Source of the DNA: Macrostomum lignano
Lineage: Eukaryota
Length of the DNA stretch: 64,000 nucleotides
Reading direction: 5' to 3'
NCBI GenBank assembly: GCA_002269645.1
Contig: NIVC01001359.1
Coordinates: 14,624-78,623 of the forward strand
The first letter of the stretch is position 1. Each line of letters opens with the position of its first letter. Both the position numbers and the translations under genes were made by a program. Positions 22,501 to 35,989 of the stretch are shown in pieces. The notes beneath the pieces are model-generated. The model did not search any database and was not told the DNA's origin. It saw only the letters and a list, made by a program, of their open reading frames with translations.

Positions 22501-25500
22501 AGCGCAGTCACCCTGGCGGATTTATTGCGCAACTCGCCGCTCAGCCGGACAGCTTCAGCGTCCCGCAGTTTCAACTCGGCCTCGGCAGCGGCTGCCCGCT
22601 TATTGGCTGCGTTCACCTTGCTCTGCAGTTCCACCATGGCCTGCGGCACTGGCGTTGTGCCAACATTGCGCAGACGGCTTTTCAAATTGGCCACCTGAGC
22701 CTCCAGCTGGGCCACTTTGTACGGATAGTCTGTCACGGGCGAGGTCGCGGCCGAAGGTCGCGCAGCAGCGTCGCCGTTGCCTTCGGCTGCTAGACAGCGA
22801 GATTCCAACTCGCTGCATCGGTCGCGCCAGCGTTGAAGTTCGGTTCTCAGGCCGGTGATCTCGTCTGATTGAGTCTCCAGCATGGCCTGCAATTGAGTCA
22901 TTTGTCAATTGGCTTGGCCTGGCAGCAATTTTGTGGCTTTTGTGGGTCTATGAACTTTTCTTCTGTGTTTACTTCTGGGAAGTTTACTGGTAGGATGTTT
23001 AATTGTAGAATGTTTACTTGCAGAATGTTTAATTGTAGGATGTTTAATTGTAGGATGTTTACTTGCAGAATGTTTAATTGTAGGATGTTTAATTGTAGGA
23101 TGTTTAATTGCAGGATGTTTAATTGTAGGATGTTTACTTGCAGAATGTTTAATTGTAGGATGTTTACTTGCAGAATGTTTAATTGTAGGATGTTTAATTG
23201 CAGGATGTTTAATTGCAGAATGTTTAATTGTAGGATGTTTACTTGTAGGATGTTTAATTTTAGGATGTTTAATTGCAGGATGTTTAATTGCAGGATGTTT
23301 AATTGCAGGATGTTTGATTGTAGGATGTTTAATTGTAGGATGTTTACTTGCAGAATGTTTAATTGTAGGATGTTTAATTGCAGGATGTTTAATTGCAGGA
23401 TGTTTAATTGTAGGATGTTTACTTGCAGAATGTTTAATTGTAGGATGTTTACTTGCAGAATGTTTAATTGTAGGATGTTTACTTGCAGAATGTTTAATTG
23501 TAGGATGTTTACTTGCAGAATGTTTAATTGTAGGATGTTTACTTGTAGGATGTTTAATTTTAGGATGTTTAATTGCAGGATGTTTAATTGCAGGATGTTT
23601 GATTGTAGGATGTTTAATTGTAGGATGTTTAATTGCAGGATGTTTAATTGTAGGATGTTTACTTGCAGAATGTTTAATTGTAGGATGTTTACTTGTAGGA
23701 TGTTTAATTTTAGGATGTTTAATTGCAGGATGTTTAATTGCAGGATGTTTAATTGCAGGATGTTTAATTGTAGGATGTTTAATTGTAGGATGTTTAATTG
23801 TAGGATGTTTACTTACACGATGTTTAATTGTAGGATGTTTAATTGTAGGATGTTTATTTGTAGGATGTTGACTATGTAATAATAGATTATCTATGTGTAT
23901 ATAGTATTTAAAATCTGATTTTCACCTGAGTTCCCTCTTGAAGCGATTGAACCTGCTGCAGCAGAGCTGCCTGACCTTCCAGTTGATCGCGGCGCTCTTT
24001 ATCGGCGGCTGCTGCTGCGCGCGCTGCCCGACTTTCGTCGAGCGATTGGCGCGCCGCCAGCCGCGCGCTAGCCGCCTGGTCGCGCAGTTCGGCGGCTTCG
24101 GCTTGCAGGGCGCCAACTTGGGCGCGCAGGCGGCTGGCCTCAGCTTCGCTGCGCGCCAGACTGTCGCGCGCCAAAGTGTCGTGACTTTGCGCGCCGCGCT
24201 CGACATTTTTTAGCTGGCGGAGAAAAATTGAGATGGTCATACTGGTCATACAGATTGGCAATACTGGTCATACAGATTGGCAATACTGGTCATACAGATT
24301 GGCAATACTGGTCATACAGATTAGTAATACTGGTCATACAGATTGGCAATACAAGTCATACAGATTAGTAATACTGGTCATACAGATTGGCAATACAAGT
24401 CATACAAATTAGTAATACTGGTCATACAGATTGACAATACTGGTCATACAGATTAGTAATACTGGTCATACAGATTGGCAATACTGGTCATACAGATTAG
24501 TAATACTGGTCATACAGATTGGCAATACTGGTCATACAGATTGGCAATACAAGTCATACAGATTAGTAATACTGGTCATACAGATTGGCAATACTGGTCA
24601 TACAGATTAGTAATACTGGTCATACAGATTGGCAATACTGGTCATACAGATTAGTAACACTGGTCATACAGATTGGCAATACTGGTCATACAGATTAGTA
24701 ATACTGGTCATACAGATTGGCAATACAAGTCATACAGATTAGTAATACTAGTCATACAGATTGACAATACTGGTCATATTGATTGGTGATACTGGTCATA
24801 CAGATTGGCAATACTGGTCATACAGATTAGTAATACTGGTCATACAGATTGGCAATACTGGTCATACAGATTGGCAATACTGGTCATACAGATTAGTAAT
24901 ACTGGTCATACAGATTGGCAATACTGGTCATACAGATTGGTAATACTGGTCATACAGATTGGCAATACTGGTCATACAGATTGGCAATACTGGTCATACA
25001 GATTGGCAATACTGGTCATACAGATTGGCAATACTGGTCATACAGATTGGCAATACTGGTCATATTGATTGGCAATACTGGTCATACAGATTGGCAATAC
25101 TGGTCATACAGATTGGCAATACTGGTCATACAGATTGGCAATACTGGTCATACAGATTGGTAATACTGGTCATACAGATTGGCAATACAAGTCATACAGA
25201 TTAGTAATACTGGTCATACAGATTGACAATACTGGTCATATTGATTGGTGATACTGGTCATACAGATTAGTAATACTGGTCATACAGATTGGCAATACTG
25301 GTCATACAGATTGGCAATACTAGTCATACAGATTGGCAATACTGGTCATACAGATTGGCAATACTGGTCATACAGATTGGCAATACTGGTCATATTGATT
25401 GGCAATACTAGTCATACAGATTGGCAATACTGGTCATACAGATTGGCAATACTGGTCATACAGATTGGCAATACTGGTCATATTGATTGGCAATACTGGT

Positions 25501-27552
25501 CATACAGATTGGCAATACTGGTCATACAGATTGGCAATACTGGTCATATTGATTGGTGATACTGGTCATATTGATTGGTAATGCTGGTCATACAGATTGG
25601 TAATACTGGTCATACAGATTAGTAATACTGGTCATACAGATTAGTAATACTGGTCATACAGATTGGCAATACTGGTCATACAGATTGGCAATACTGGTCA
25701 TAATCATACAGATTGTTAAATCTGTAACTGCATTGATACATAGGTCATAAAGGATTCAAGCGAATCGAATCACCAATTAACTCACCTGTCCGTTAAGGTG
25801 GCGATTTTTATCGTGCAAGCCGACAATTTCGGCGTCAAGTCGTTCGACTCTTTCTAACAAATCCGATTTTCTGCGTTGGGAGACAATAACAAATTTATTA
25901 CATAGAGTTTTTACCAAACTAAATTTATCTCTTTTATACGTCTCTTTTACGTATGAGGATTGCTTGCAGAGTAAACTCTCGCTCCAAATCTGCGTCCTTG
26001 GTTCGAATCCACAGCGTAGCCAAATTAATAATTTAGATTAAAGCGCAAGAAGACGCTACGGCACCAAGACATGAAGAAACCAAGGCACCAAGACATGAAG
26101 ACACCAAGACATGAAGACACCAAGGCACCAAGACATGAAGACACCAAGACATGAAGACACCAAGGCACCAAGACATGAAGACACCAAGGCACCAAGACAT
26201 GAAGACACCAAGACATGAAGACACCAAGGCACCAAGACATGAAGACACCAGGGCACCAAGACATGAAGACACTGCCGGCGCCAAGACATGAAGACACCAA
26301 GGCACCAAGACATGAAGACACCAAGGCACCAAGACATAAAGACACTGCCGGCGCCAAGACATGAAGACACTGCCGGCGCCAAGACATGAAGACACCAAGG
26401 CACCAAGACATGAAGACACCAAGGCACCAAGACATGAAGACACCAAGGCACCAAGACATGAAGACACTGCCGGCGCCAAGACATGAAGACACCAAGGCAC
26501 CAAGACATGAAGACACCAAGGCACCAAGACATGAAGACACCAAGGCACCAAGACATGAAGACACTGCCGGCACCAAGACATGAAGACACTAAGGCACCAA
26601 GACATGAAGACACCAAGGCACCAAGACATGAAGACACTAAGGCACCAAGACATGAAGACACCAAGGCACCAAGACATGAAGACACCAAGGCACCAAGACA
26701 TGAAGACACCAAGGCACCAAGACATGAAGACACCAAGGCACCAAGACATGAAGACACCAAGGCACCAAGACATGAAGACACTAAGGCACCAAGACATGAA
26801 GACACCAAGGCACCAAGACATGAAGACACCAAGGCACCAAGACATGAAGACACTAAGGCACCAAGACATGAAGACACTAAGGCACCAAGACATGAAGACA
26901 CTAAGGCACCAAGACATGAAGACACCAAGGCACCAAGACATGAAGACACTAAGGCACCAAGACATGAAGACACTAAGGCACCAAGACATGAAGACACCAA
27001 GGCACCAAGACATGAAGACACCAAGGCACCAAGACATGAAGACACTAAGGCACCAAGACATAGCTCTTTGAAGAAACAAACTAACCTTCTGTGTCAATAC
27101 AGTAACTCATGTTACTTTCGATACATACCGGATTATCTACTATACAAAGACTCACTGTTTCATTAGTCCGGACACTTCCGAAGACAGTCGAGCATTTTGC
27201 GATTCCAATTCAGCTAATCGAGCGTCTTTTGCTTGCAAAATTTGCAACACCTTTTGATCTTTTGCTTCTGCCCGTTCTCGCTCTCTGAAATAAAGAAAGC
27301 AGTTTATTTGATTGAAGAAAAGTAAAATATAAACACACGGTGCAGGTCGTGTCGAATTAATAATGCGACTCACCTTTGAGCAACCAGACTAACAGCTTGA
27401 CCAACATCGGGCGTCGTAGCTTGCAACTTCTTCCACAAAGACCAGACAAACTCTTTGTCGGCGCGCAATTTTGCTAGCTGATCGCGAAGGTCGTCGTTTT
27501 CGCTGCGCAATGCCGCAAAACTACTTGCCGATGGCGTTAAAGGTTCTTCCAT
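16560..27552 (-). CDS. CNTLN: Centlein-like centrosomal coiled-coil protein, 10 exons, ~1021 aa
   Basis: Exons 27552-27374, 27284-27156, 25870-25786, 24213-23926, 22886-22429, 20977-20638, 20439-19873, 18886-18594, 18295-17683, 16673-16560; all GT-AG with consistent phases. N-terminal ADKEFVWSLWKKLQATTPDVGQAVSLVAQREREREAKDQKVLQILQAKD-type motif matches centlein (ADKEFVWSLWKRLQ...EAKDRKVLEILQVKD); the rest is coiled-coil. The last exon is the least certain. Confidence 0.85.
16790..17495. repeat. Intronic minisatellite, 28-bp unit GTAAGTATCCCCTGAAGTTTCAGAGTTC
   Basis: CNTLN intron 9; followed by a 7-bp TATCGAA-type repeat at 17515-17625. Confidence 0.95.
18305..18490. repeat. Short degenerate ~12-bp repeat GGGGGCGGAAAT
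   Basis: CNTLN intron 8. Confidence 0.8.
19020..19860. repeat. Intronic GAGACA/GAGACAGGGT compound repeat
   Basis: CNTLN intron 7. Confidence 0.95.
21370..22245. repeat. Intronic minisatellite, 16-bp unit ATCTCCGACACTCCAT
   Basis: CNTLN intron 5. Confidence 0.95.
22990..23875. repeat. Intronic minisatellite, 15-bp unit GATGTTTAATTGTAG
   Basis: CNTLN intron 4. Confidence 0.95.
24235..25700. repeat. Intronic minisatellite, 22-bp unit ATTGGCAATACTGGTCATACAG
   Basis: CNTLN intron 3. Confidence 0.95.
26060..27060. repeat. Intronic minisatellite, 24-bp unit CAAGGCACCAAGACATGAAGACAC
   Basis: CNTLN intron 2. Confidence 0.95.
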
Positions 27553-29297
27553 TTATAAGTAAACGGAAAAGTGGGCGCAACAGTTTTAGTGAAACTGTAC
27601 CAGTCTAATTGGAGGGAGCATCTGAAAGATAAATAAGCGGGAATATTTTAAACGATATATAAAAAATATAGTAAAACGCTCTGAGTCGCTGATAGTAGTA
27701 AGAAAACTAATTAAAAAAACTTTTATTGAATACTAGGAAAATAAAGAAGAAAAGAAAACAAGCATTGCATACGAACTGAATAAAATTCATCTTATCACTC
27801 CGCAATACATGGTCGATGCTGTTCCTTAACTGATAATGTTTAATTTCTATGCATAAATATCAAAATAATTATATTTTCGGCATTCTCTATGCCGCCAACT
27901 GGGTGTAACAAATTCAAATTAACATAATAAGGCGCACAACCGATTGAAATTGATAAAGCAATGAATCAAAATTTAACCATGAAAATTGGAAGCATCCATG
28001 TGTTTGAAGCGACCGCATAGTCAATACATGAAACCATTGATATATTGTAAAATTCGCTACTAGTACAAAAATCACGGCCTAATTAATTTAAAAAAACGGT
28101 GAGACACAAGAGAGTCAGTTGGTAACAAAGGACCAAGTACAAAACAGAAAAAAATAATTGATAGGAATCAAAATGGAACACATCTGCCAAAGTTGCATAC
28201 GCACAATTGAATTCCTTGGATAAAATTGACACTTTTATATCTTACTTCCCTTCATACTATTCATAAAATTTTAATGGAAAGCAAAACAGAAATGTTCCGA
28301 AATAGTTGCGAAAAAAAATAGTTGGCATGGAGACAAAATTCGATGATAAAAATGTTACAGTTGGGTAGGTAGTAGTACGAAGTACCGATACCAAAGTCTG
28401 GATTTAAGAAACTTGTCAGAACAATGTGGGACTGCATCCTTCATAGCACCATCGAAGATACAAAGAAAAAGGTAAAGACTTAAATAAATATGGAGATACA
28501 GTAGTATAAGTGTTCTGTCGCTATTTTTAAGACATTAGATAAAAACAGACATTTTAAAATGATGTATATTTTACACTGTTCTACTATTAGTAGATAAAAA
28601 AACCACAGTTGAATGTTTTATAATTAATCTAAAACTGACAAATAGACCAATATAAATGGTGGGGTGAATTCGCCTTGCGCAGAATTTTTTTGAACTTCTT
28701 GCATAAGGCACGACACAGCAGCACGTAAATAAGCTAGGTTGATTCTTTATTGCCTGATGGCAGTCTGCAATCTGCGCGCCCCCTCGGGGGGGGGGGTGGC
28801 CAGCCCAAGGATAAGAAAAGAAAAAACGAATGTACATTGAAAAGATAAGAAAACAGGAATGTACATTAGCTACTGTCCGCGCGGAGAGGGTAGAAGTCGA
28901 CGCGGGGGGCGAGAAACTTTGGGGCTGTGGAATGCGGCGGATGAGCGAACACATTAAGGGGCAGTTTTGAGCGGCAATTAAAGAATGAACTTGGGGGGGG
29001 GTCTGGTGCAAGTTTATCGCCAGCAAGATTAGTCTTAGACAGTTAATAATATGCGGTTTAAAACTGCAACACATTTCATTTCATCTTGGATGTTTAAATT
29101 GTACTGCAGGCATTAGGTGAAACGGTGGCGGGTCAAGACAAAGTGAATGAAATCGACAGGTTAACTCTTATATAACAGAGACAAATAAAGGGTTTGCTAG
29201 CAAAATAGCTCTGTTATCTTAAACGGTTCTTAACAAGAAAATCGTTGCAATATAATAAACCGAACTAATGTTGAATGAATAAATGAATTTTACATTA

Positions 29298-31235
29298 TTA
29301 ACCTTTCGATTTATTAAAAGCGTTAGTGAATGGTTGAACTCGCGGAAATGACGTCGTTGGCTTAAAAGTGAATCTATCAGCAAAGCCGCGTGACTGGCGT
29401 GGCTGCTGCTGTTGAAACTGCTGACGCTGCGCCTGCTGCTGTTGAGGCGGACCTGGCGGCGGCACTGACGGAGGAGCGCGAGGCGGCGGCGGCGGCGGAG
29501 GCGGTCGACTAGCAACACCTTTTGAAGGGCCCGTTGAAGGCGTTGGAGCCGGCCTAGGGTGCTGCGGCACTGGCGGCGGCCGCTGCTGCTGTGACTGCGG
29601 AGGCAAACTAGGAATCCCGGCTGCTTTTAAACCGGGCATTGCTTTGTTAATAGCCGCTTCTGGCGAGGGCGCCTTTCCAACTGGCGGTACGGGAGGCGGA
29701 GGCGGCGGCTTCTGCTGCTGTACAGCTGGCGTCGTTGGCGAAACTGGCTTCTGGCTCTGCGACGGCGGTGGCGGTGGCGGCCCAGATGCGGCTGGCACTG
29801 CAGGCTTCAAACCCGGAGATGGAGGCGGCGGAGGCGGCCCAGATGCGGCTGGCACTGCGGGCTTCAAACCCGCAGATGGAGGCGGCGGAGGCGGCCCAGA
29901 TGCGGCTGGCACTGCGGGCTTCAAACCCGCAGATGGAGGCGGCGGAGGCGGCCCAGATGCGGCTGGCACTGCAGGCTTCAAACCCGCAGATGGAGGCGGC
30001 GGAGGCGGCCCAGATGCGGCTGGCACTGCAGGCTTCAAACCCGGAGATGGAGGCGGCGGAGGCGTTGTTGCTGCAGCTGGTGGGGCATTCGAAGCCGTCG
30101 GCTTCAGATTAGCCGCGGGCGGAGGCGGAGCACCCGAGGTGGCAGCAGCGGCGGGGATGAACGGCTTTGGACCGGGCCGAGAGGCTTTCTGAGCTCCGCC
30201 TCCGCCGCCACCTGGGCCCCCTCCGCCTCCGCCAGCTTTATTCTGGCGACGGGCGATGCGAGCTGCCAGCTCGTCTTGCAGAGAGCCGCCGCCGCCGCCC
30301 ATTGAAAACGGAGCTGCGGGCCTCGGTCCCGACGAGGTGTCATCGCCTCCGCCCCCCCGCCAGCTGCTGGAGACGGTCTGGCCGACGACGGGCCGTTGCC
30401 TGGGCAATGGTGGATATTTTGACAGTGCCTATAAGCAAAACCGTTCATTTCAATCAAAATATAAGAGCCAGAAGCAGCCAACGAAAACCTGGGAGGGTGA
30501 CACCCAGTTGCTGAGTTTCTGGGAGGCTGGCCCAGCAACTGAGGATCTGTGAGGCTGGCCCAGCAACTGACACTCTGGGAGGCCGGCCCAGCAACTGAGG
30601 ATCTGGGAGGCTGGCCCAGCAACTGAGCATCTGGGAGGCTGGCCCAGCAACTGAGCATCTGGGAGGCTGGCCCAGCAACTGAGCATCTGGGAGGCTGGCC
30701 CAGCAACTGAGGATCTGGGAGGCTGGCTCAGCAACTGAGGATCTGGGAGGCTGGCCCAGCAACTGAGGATCTGGGAGGCTGGCCCAGCAACTGAGGATCT
30801 GGGAGGCTGGCCCAGCAACTGAGGATCTGGGAGGCTGGCCCAGCAACTGAGGATCTGGGAGGCTGGCCCAGCAACTGAGGATCTGGAAAGGTGAACTATA
30901 ATATTTGTGAAGCCATAAGCTCACTGAGGTATCAGGTGGAGCAGTGCAGCAGCTCACTGAAAACAGCAGAAATTAATAAATGAGCACAAGTCCATAGACT
31001 CACTTGGCTTGTCCGATCCAACTAGTGCAGTGCTGCGATCATTTTTCTCGCTTTCAGGCACTTTCTTTAGCCGTGTACCTTTCTGAATGGCGCCCAGCAG
31101 GGCATTTCTATCGTTCCCACCGCCGGGAGGCTTTGGAGCTCCGCCGCTTGGTGCCTTCGGAGCCGAGGGTGCTGGCGGAGGCGGCGGCGGAGGCGGTGGC
31201 GGTGGAGGCGGCGGTGGCGGCGGAGGTGGCGGCAT
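29298..31235 (-). CDS. WIPF: WASP-interacting protein (WIP/verprolin family), 3 exons, ~464 aa
   Basis: Exons 31235-31004, 30956-30925 (32-nt microexon), 30428-29298. MPPPPP start, WH2 motif RNALLGAIQKGTRLKKV...NDRSTALV, proline-rich body, and C-terminal FADRFTFKPTTSFP resembling the WIP WASP-binding motif (FESRFYFHPISDLP). The C-terminus could be extended by a further exon. Confidence 0.85.
30520..30890. repeat. Intronic minisatellite, 28-bp unit CTGGGAGGCTGGCCCAGCAACTGAGGAT
   Basis: WIP intron 2; same family as 12300-13030 and 14915-16410. Confidence 0.95.
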
Positions 31236-31634
31236 GTGGATGATAGTACAGGTTAGAAGAGTGACTGCAATTTTAAAAAAAATGTTGATTGAACTTATCT
31301 TTTAGTTCCTGAAAGATGCTAAACTGCAAATGGCGCTTATTAACGTTTAAATAGAGTGGAAAATCTATTTTTAGACTCTGATGCTTTTTTAGACAATGCC
31401 CAGCTAATGAGATAATTGTGCTTCAAGTAATTTGCGTTGCGCACTACTGACTCATATAGTTCAAAATTGGCATATAGAGTAAGCTGACTACTCCTGCACT
31501 GTATGCATGATTAATCTAGTATGATTCGAGGGACATACAGGTACATGCGCAACCCCTCTGATTTAAAAAGTAAGTCGGTGTGACTTACTTTTTGACCAAA
31601 CATGCAACTTACCTATGAAATAAACCTAAGCAGA

Positions 31635-32640
31635 AGGGCCTGTCAACTTAACCTCATAAAGTGGAGCCTGAGTAACCTATGTACACAAATGATCCATCAT
31701 TCTGCCCACAATGATACCAGGAATATGTAAACTAATGATACATCATTCTGCCCACAATGATACCAGGAATATGTACACTAATGATACATCATTCTGCCCA
31801 CAATGATACCAGGAATATGTAAACTAATGATACATCATTCTGCCCACAATGATACCAGGAATATGTAAACTAATGATACATCATTCTGCCCACAATGATA
31901 CCAGGAATATGTAAACTAATGATACATCATTCTGCCCACAATGATACCAGGAATATGTACACTAATGATACATCATTCTGCCCACAATGATACCAGGAAT
32001 ATGTAAACTAATGATACATCATTCTGCCCACAATGATACCAGGAATATGTACACTAATGATACATCATTCTGCCCACAATGATACCAGGAATATGTACAC
32101 TAATGATACATCATTCTGCCCACAATGATACCAGGAATATGTACACTAATGATACATCATTCTGCCCACAATGATACCAGGAATATGTACACTAATGATA
32201 CATCATTCTGCCCACAATGATACCAGGAATATGTACACTAATGATACATCATTCTGCCCACAATGATACCAGGAATATGTACACTAATGATACATCATTC
32301 TGCCCACAATGATACCAGGAATATGTACACTAATGATACATCATTCTGCCCACAATGATACCAGGAATTGTATACTAATGATACATCATTCTGCACACAA
32401 TGATACCAGGAAGCAGGGTTTGGCAAAAAAAGCAACAAAAATTGAACTTGGGAGAAAAAGCAAGGCAATAATTTGAGGACTATTTTGTCAACTTAAGCTC
32501 ATAAAGTCCCTAATTCTTCACTTGCTTGCCAAACCCAGCAGCTCTCTAGTGTGATTGTGAGCAGAATGACATATTGTTTGTTTATGGCTTATATATAATT
32601 TAATTAGGCTCCACTTTATAAGCTTAAGTTAACAGGCCCT
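31635..32640. mobile_element. Putative non-autonomous DNA element with 35-bp inverted ends (AGGGCC..., Harbinger-like) enclosing a minisatellite
   Basis: 31635-31669 and the reverse complement of 32606-32640 match at 32/35 positions; no clean TSD seen. Confidence 0.55.
31690..32412. repeat. Minisatellite, 46-bp unit CATCATTCTGCCCACAATGATACCAGGAATATGTACACTAATGATA
   Basis: About 15 tandem units, no unique spacers. Confidence 0.95.
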
Positions 32641-34909
32641 TTAATGTATTAGTGCAATTTTGGGTGAATGATAGGAGTTAATATAACTATATTATAAGGC
32701 TAAATACCTCATCATTGATTTATTACTATGTCCATATATTTGGATAGGCAATTTTGCAACTTAGGTTGGCTGGGCCCCTCACCCACCAGCCAAAATGTAT
32801 ATGCATGTATAATTTGAGATATTGTTGACTAAACTTAATTGGTGCTTTTGCATTTGGAGTTAAGCTAGTCTTTGATAAGTTTAGAGACAGTAAATAATCT
32901 ATGTACTTTAAAGAACATATTTCTTAAAATTTATAAAAGTGCAACCATTACTGATTAGATAATAGTTTTCTTACTAACCTTTAGAGTTTTGAAAGTTTAT
33001 AAACATCAAACTGAGTCAAGAACTATAGAAAATTCTTTCTTTAATTTGTTGTATTAATGATTACAAGGAATCCCTAAATGCTGTTGACTTAAAAATTACC
33101 CAAAATCCAAGCTTGGTTGGACCTTACTAGTTTAGTCTTAATAATGCAAGCTCTAAATACAAAGCATAAAAAAGAAAACAAAAATAATGAAATTCTTTAG
33201 AAATTCTTTAGAAAACTTATCAAATATTTTTTTATCTGAAAACCTATAAAATCATCTCGTGACTTCATCTAGTGGCATAAAAGTAATTATTAAAAACTTT
33301 TTTTCAAGAAAGAGTGTTGCTTAACCTGATAGATATGAATAAGATAATGAATTTGCTAGCAGGGTCCAATAATTATATTTTTGTTAGCCTAGCCTATTGG
33401 AAGAGGATAATGGATATAGCTTCTATTATTGTATATAATGGCCATGTAGTTACCACAGACATAACTTATTGATATAAGGCCTAATAAAAAATATAATAAA
33501 TAGAATATTCTATATAAAGCAACAAATTGTATTAAATAATTTAAAAACAAAATGAGAAATGACTTTGTTTAAGACATAAAACTTTATTGTATTATATATA
33601 ATTACTAAAATATATATTAGGCTAAAAATATTAGCTTCCACCCAATATATATTTGGGTGGCATTGGCAATGTCCTAGTTTCTTGCATTAAATTATTTTGA
33701 CCCAAAATTTGAAACAAACAAACAAAAGCAAGTTTATTCAAGATTTAAAATGAGTCTTTGGTCTTAAAAGAGTATTACATAGCGTAGTAATGTATTAGCC
33801 AGTACAGAAAGCTGCTGAAGCTCTTTTTGGGTAGAGTTGGTACTAGAGAAATTTGCTAAGCTAGGAGTCAAAAAGATCATCACTGGTGCCAAGTTGACTA
33901 CAAAAATTTGCCTTCCTGTGAGCCCAGGTGCCTTCAATGGTATTCTCAATGACTGATCTCAAGGTCATAGAAGTCGGCCAATGGCCACAAATTGGTAGGA
34001 GGTAGGATATTTACAAGTGCTTGAGGTTATCCAGCCATGATTTAAACTGAAAATAATGAAAATCAGGTCAAAATAATTTAATGCAGGAAACTAAGACATT
34101 GCCATTTGGGTTGAAAGTGATTTAATCTGCTACATTTTATTTGTCACTTCTATATTTGCTAATATTTGTGGAGTCATTTTGTTTGTTATGAAAAGCTATA
34201 TATCAAGTTGTGGGACTTAGAATGGTGATGGAACAAGGTGGCCAGACCAATGTGGCCACAAGGCAAAAAATATTGGAAAATAAATAAAAAAAACTAAAAG
34301 TGCTGCTTATATGCAACCAATATAGTTCTTAATTTTAAGTAAATAAAGTTTTATAAGTAAGAAGTTGTTACATTTGCATGATTTTGTAAGAATTGCTTGT
34401 AAGAATTGTTTGCATGAACAAAGTTTAATTAGGCACTTAGGTTTAGGTAAATAGAATACATTTGTAATGTAATGTAATATTGTAACTTCTCATCATAGGC
34501 CCTACTTTATAATTATATGACATGACAATTAAAGTGACATGCCAATTAATTACTATCTATAAGTTATGGTATATTATGTTCTTTTTTGCATTTTTGGTCT
34601 CATTGGCTTGTCATTAATGTTAGTTACCTATAATTTGTCATTATTTATGCAAATTTGTTAATCAGTGAGAGTTAGTGCAAAAATCTTACATTGAATATTT
34701 AATAAATTCTTATTAATGCTTATTAATGGATTAGCACTTATTAACGGAATGGTGTCCGTATTTACTTAAAACAATCTGTATTTATACCAATAGATAATGA
34801 AGACGAATTCGTACCAATAGATAATCAAGACAAAATAAATTCTATGATATCTGACGAATTTTACAAGCTTAAAGTTTCATGAGTGTACAAAAAATTGACG
34901 TGAATAACT

Positions 34910-35125
34910 TATGCCGCATGTTATTCCGTACGTTATTCCGCACGTAATTCCGCATGTTATTCCGTAAGTTATTCCGCACGTTATTCCGCACGTTATTCCG
35001 CACATTATTCCTCATGTTATTCCGTACGTTATTCCGCACGTTTTTCCGTACGTTATTCCGCACGTTATTCCGCACATTATTCCGCACGTTATTCAGCACT
35101 TTATTCCGCACATTTTTCGCATGTT
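34910..35125. repeat. 12-bp tandem array TTATTCCGCACG
   Basis: Read directly; the reverse-complement array lies at 35990-36368. Confidence 0.9.
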
Positions 35126-35989
35126 ATTAGGCATTTTTCCACGATGTCCTGTATAAGATTTACAAGTAATTTTTCCATTTGATACATTTTAAATGTAAAG
35201 CAAAAGCCTAATGTACATGAGCTTGTCGTTATATTTTCCTGGATTACGCGAGTTGAGTGCATGTACATGGCATTCGTAAAATTATAATTGACTGCAACAG
35301 AGTACTGTAGTTGCAGAGTTGTAAGTTGAGTTACAGAGTTGCATGCACAGAGCTGGGGTCGCGGAGAGGTTGAGAAAAGAAGATAAAAGTGACTACTTAT
35401 CAACATATATTAAATTAATGAAAGAATCACATCATACATGTACAAGGTCACTACAGGACGCAAAATGAAGTGTTCTTTGATACTGAAAGAAGTTTACGCT
35501 TTAACAAATATTATAAGTGCTAACACCAAATAAAAAACTAATGTGTAGTAAGTAAACCGTATTACTGCATTTAGCTAATTTAGCTTTTTTTACAATTATA
35601 TTTTATGCAGATCGTCATACTTATTAAAAACTATCTATATCTTCACGTTTTTGACGTGGAAATCATGTATGGAACGCGTAAGTTAGACTAGGGGCCTTTT
35701 CATATTACCAATTCCAGAACCAGAATCGGTTCGGAATTCCAAGAAAAACAGCAGTATAACTTAAACTCTGTTAATATTTGACTGCCTTAATAAACCTCAC
35801 TTAGCACAATTTTTCACTTTCTTCTTGGCGATTGTCATTTAATAATAAAAACTTTATAGCACGTATCTCCCTAGCTCTAGTTATGGAGACTAAAAGTTAT
35901 ACTTCACAAATTGGTTCTGGTTCTAGAACCAGAACAAGCAATATGAAAAAACCCTTTGGTGGGAAATATGTTAAAAAAGTAGATGTGCG

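Noticed and set aside
25945-26012. GGTTCGAATCC B box with a CTCCAAA loop in CNTLN intron 2
   Set aside because: No cloverleaf can be formed; possibly a degenerate SINE head.
28660-29010. G-run-rich segment resembling a DNA transposon end
   Set aside because: No matching inverted partner or TSD found in the window.
31690-32412. CRISPR-like regular repeats (also the 28-33-bp arrays elsewhere)
   Set aside because: Units are head-to-tail with no unique spacers, there are no cas genes, and the context is eukaryotic.
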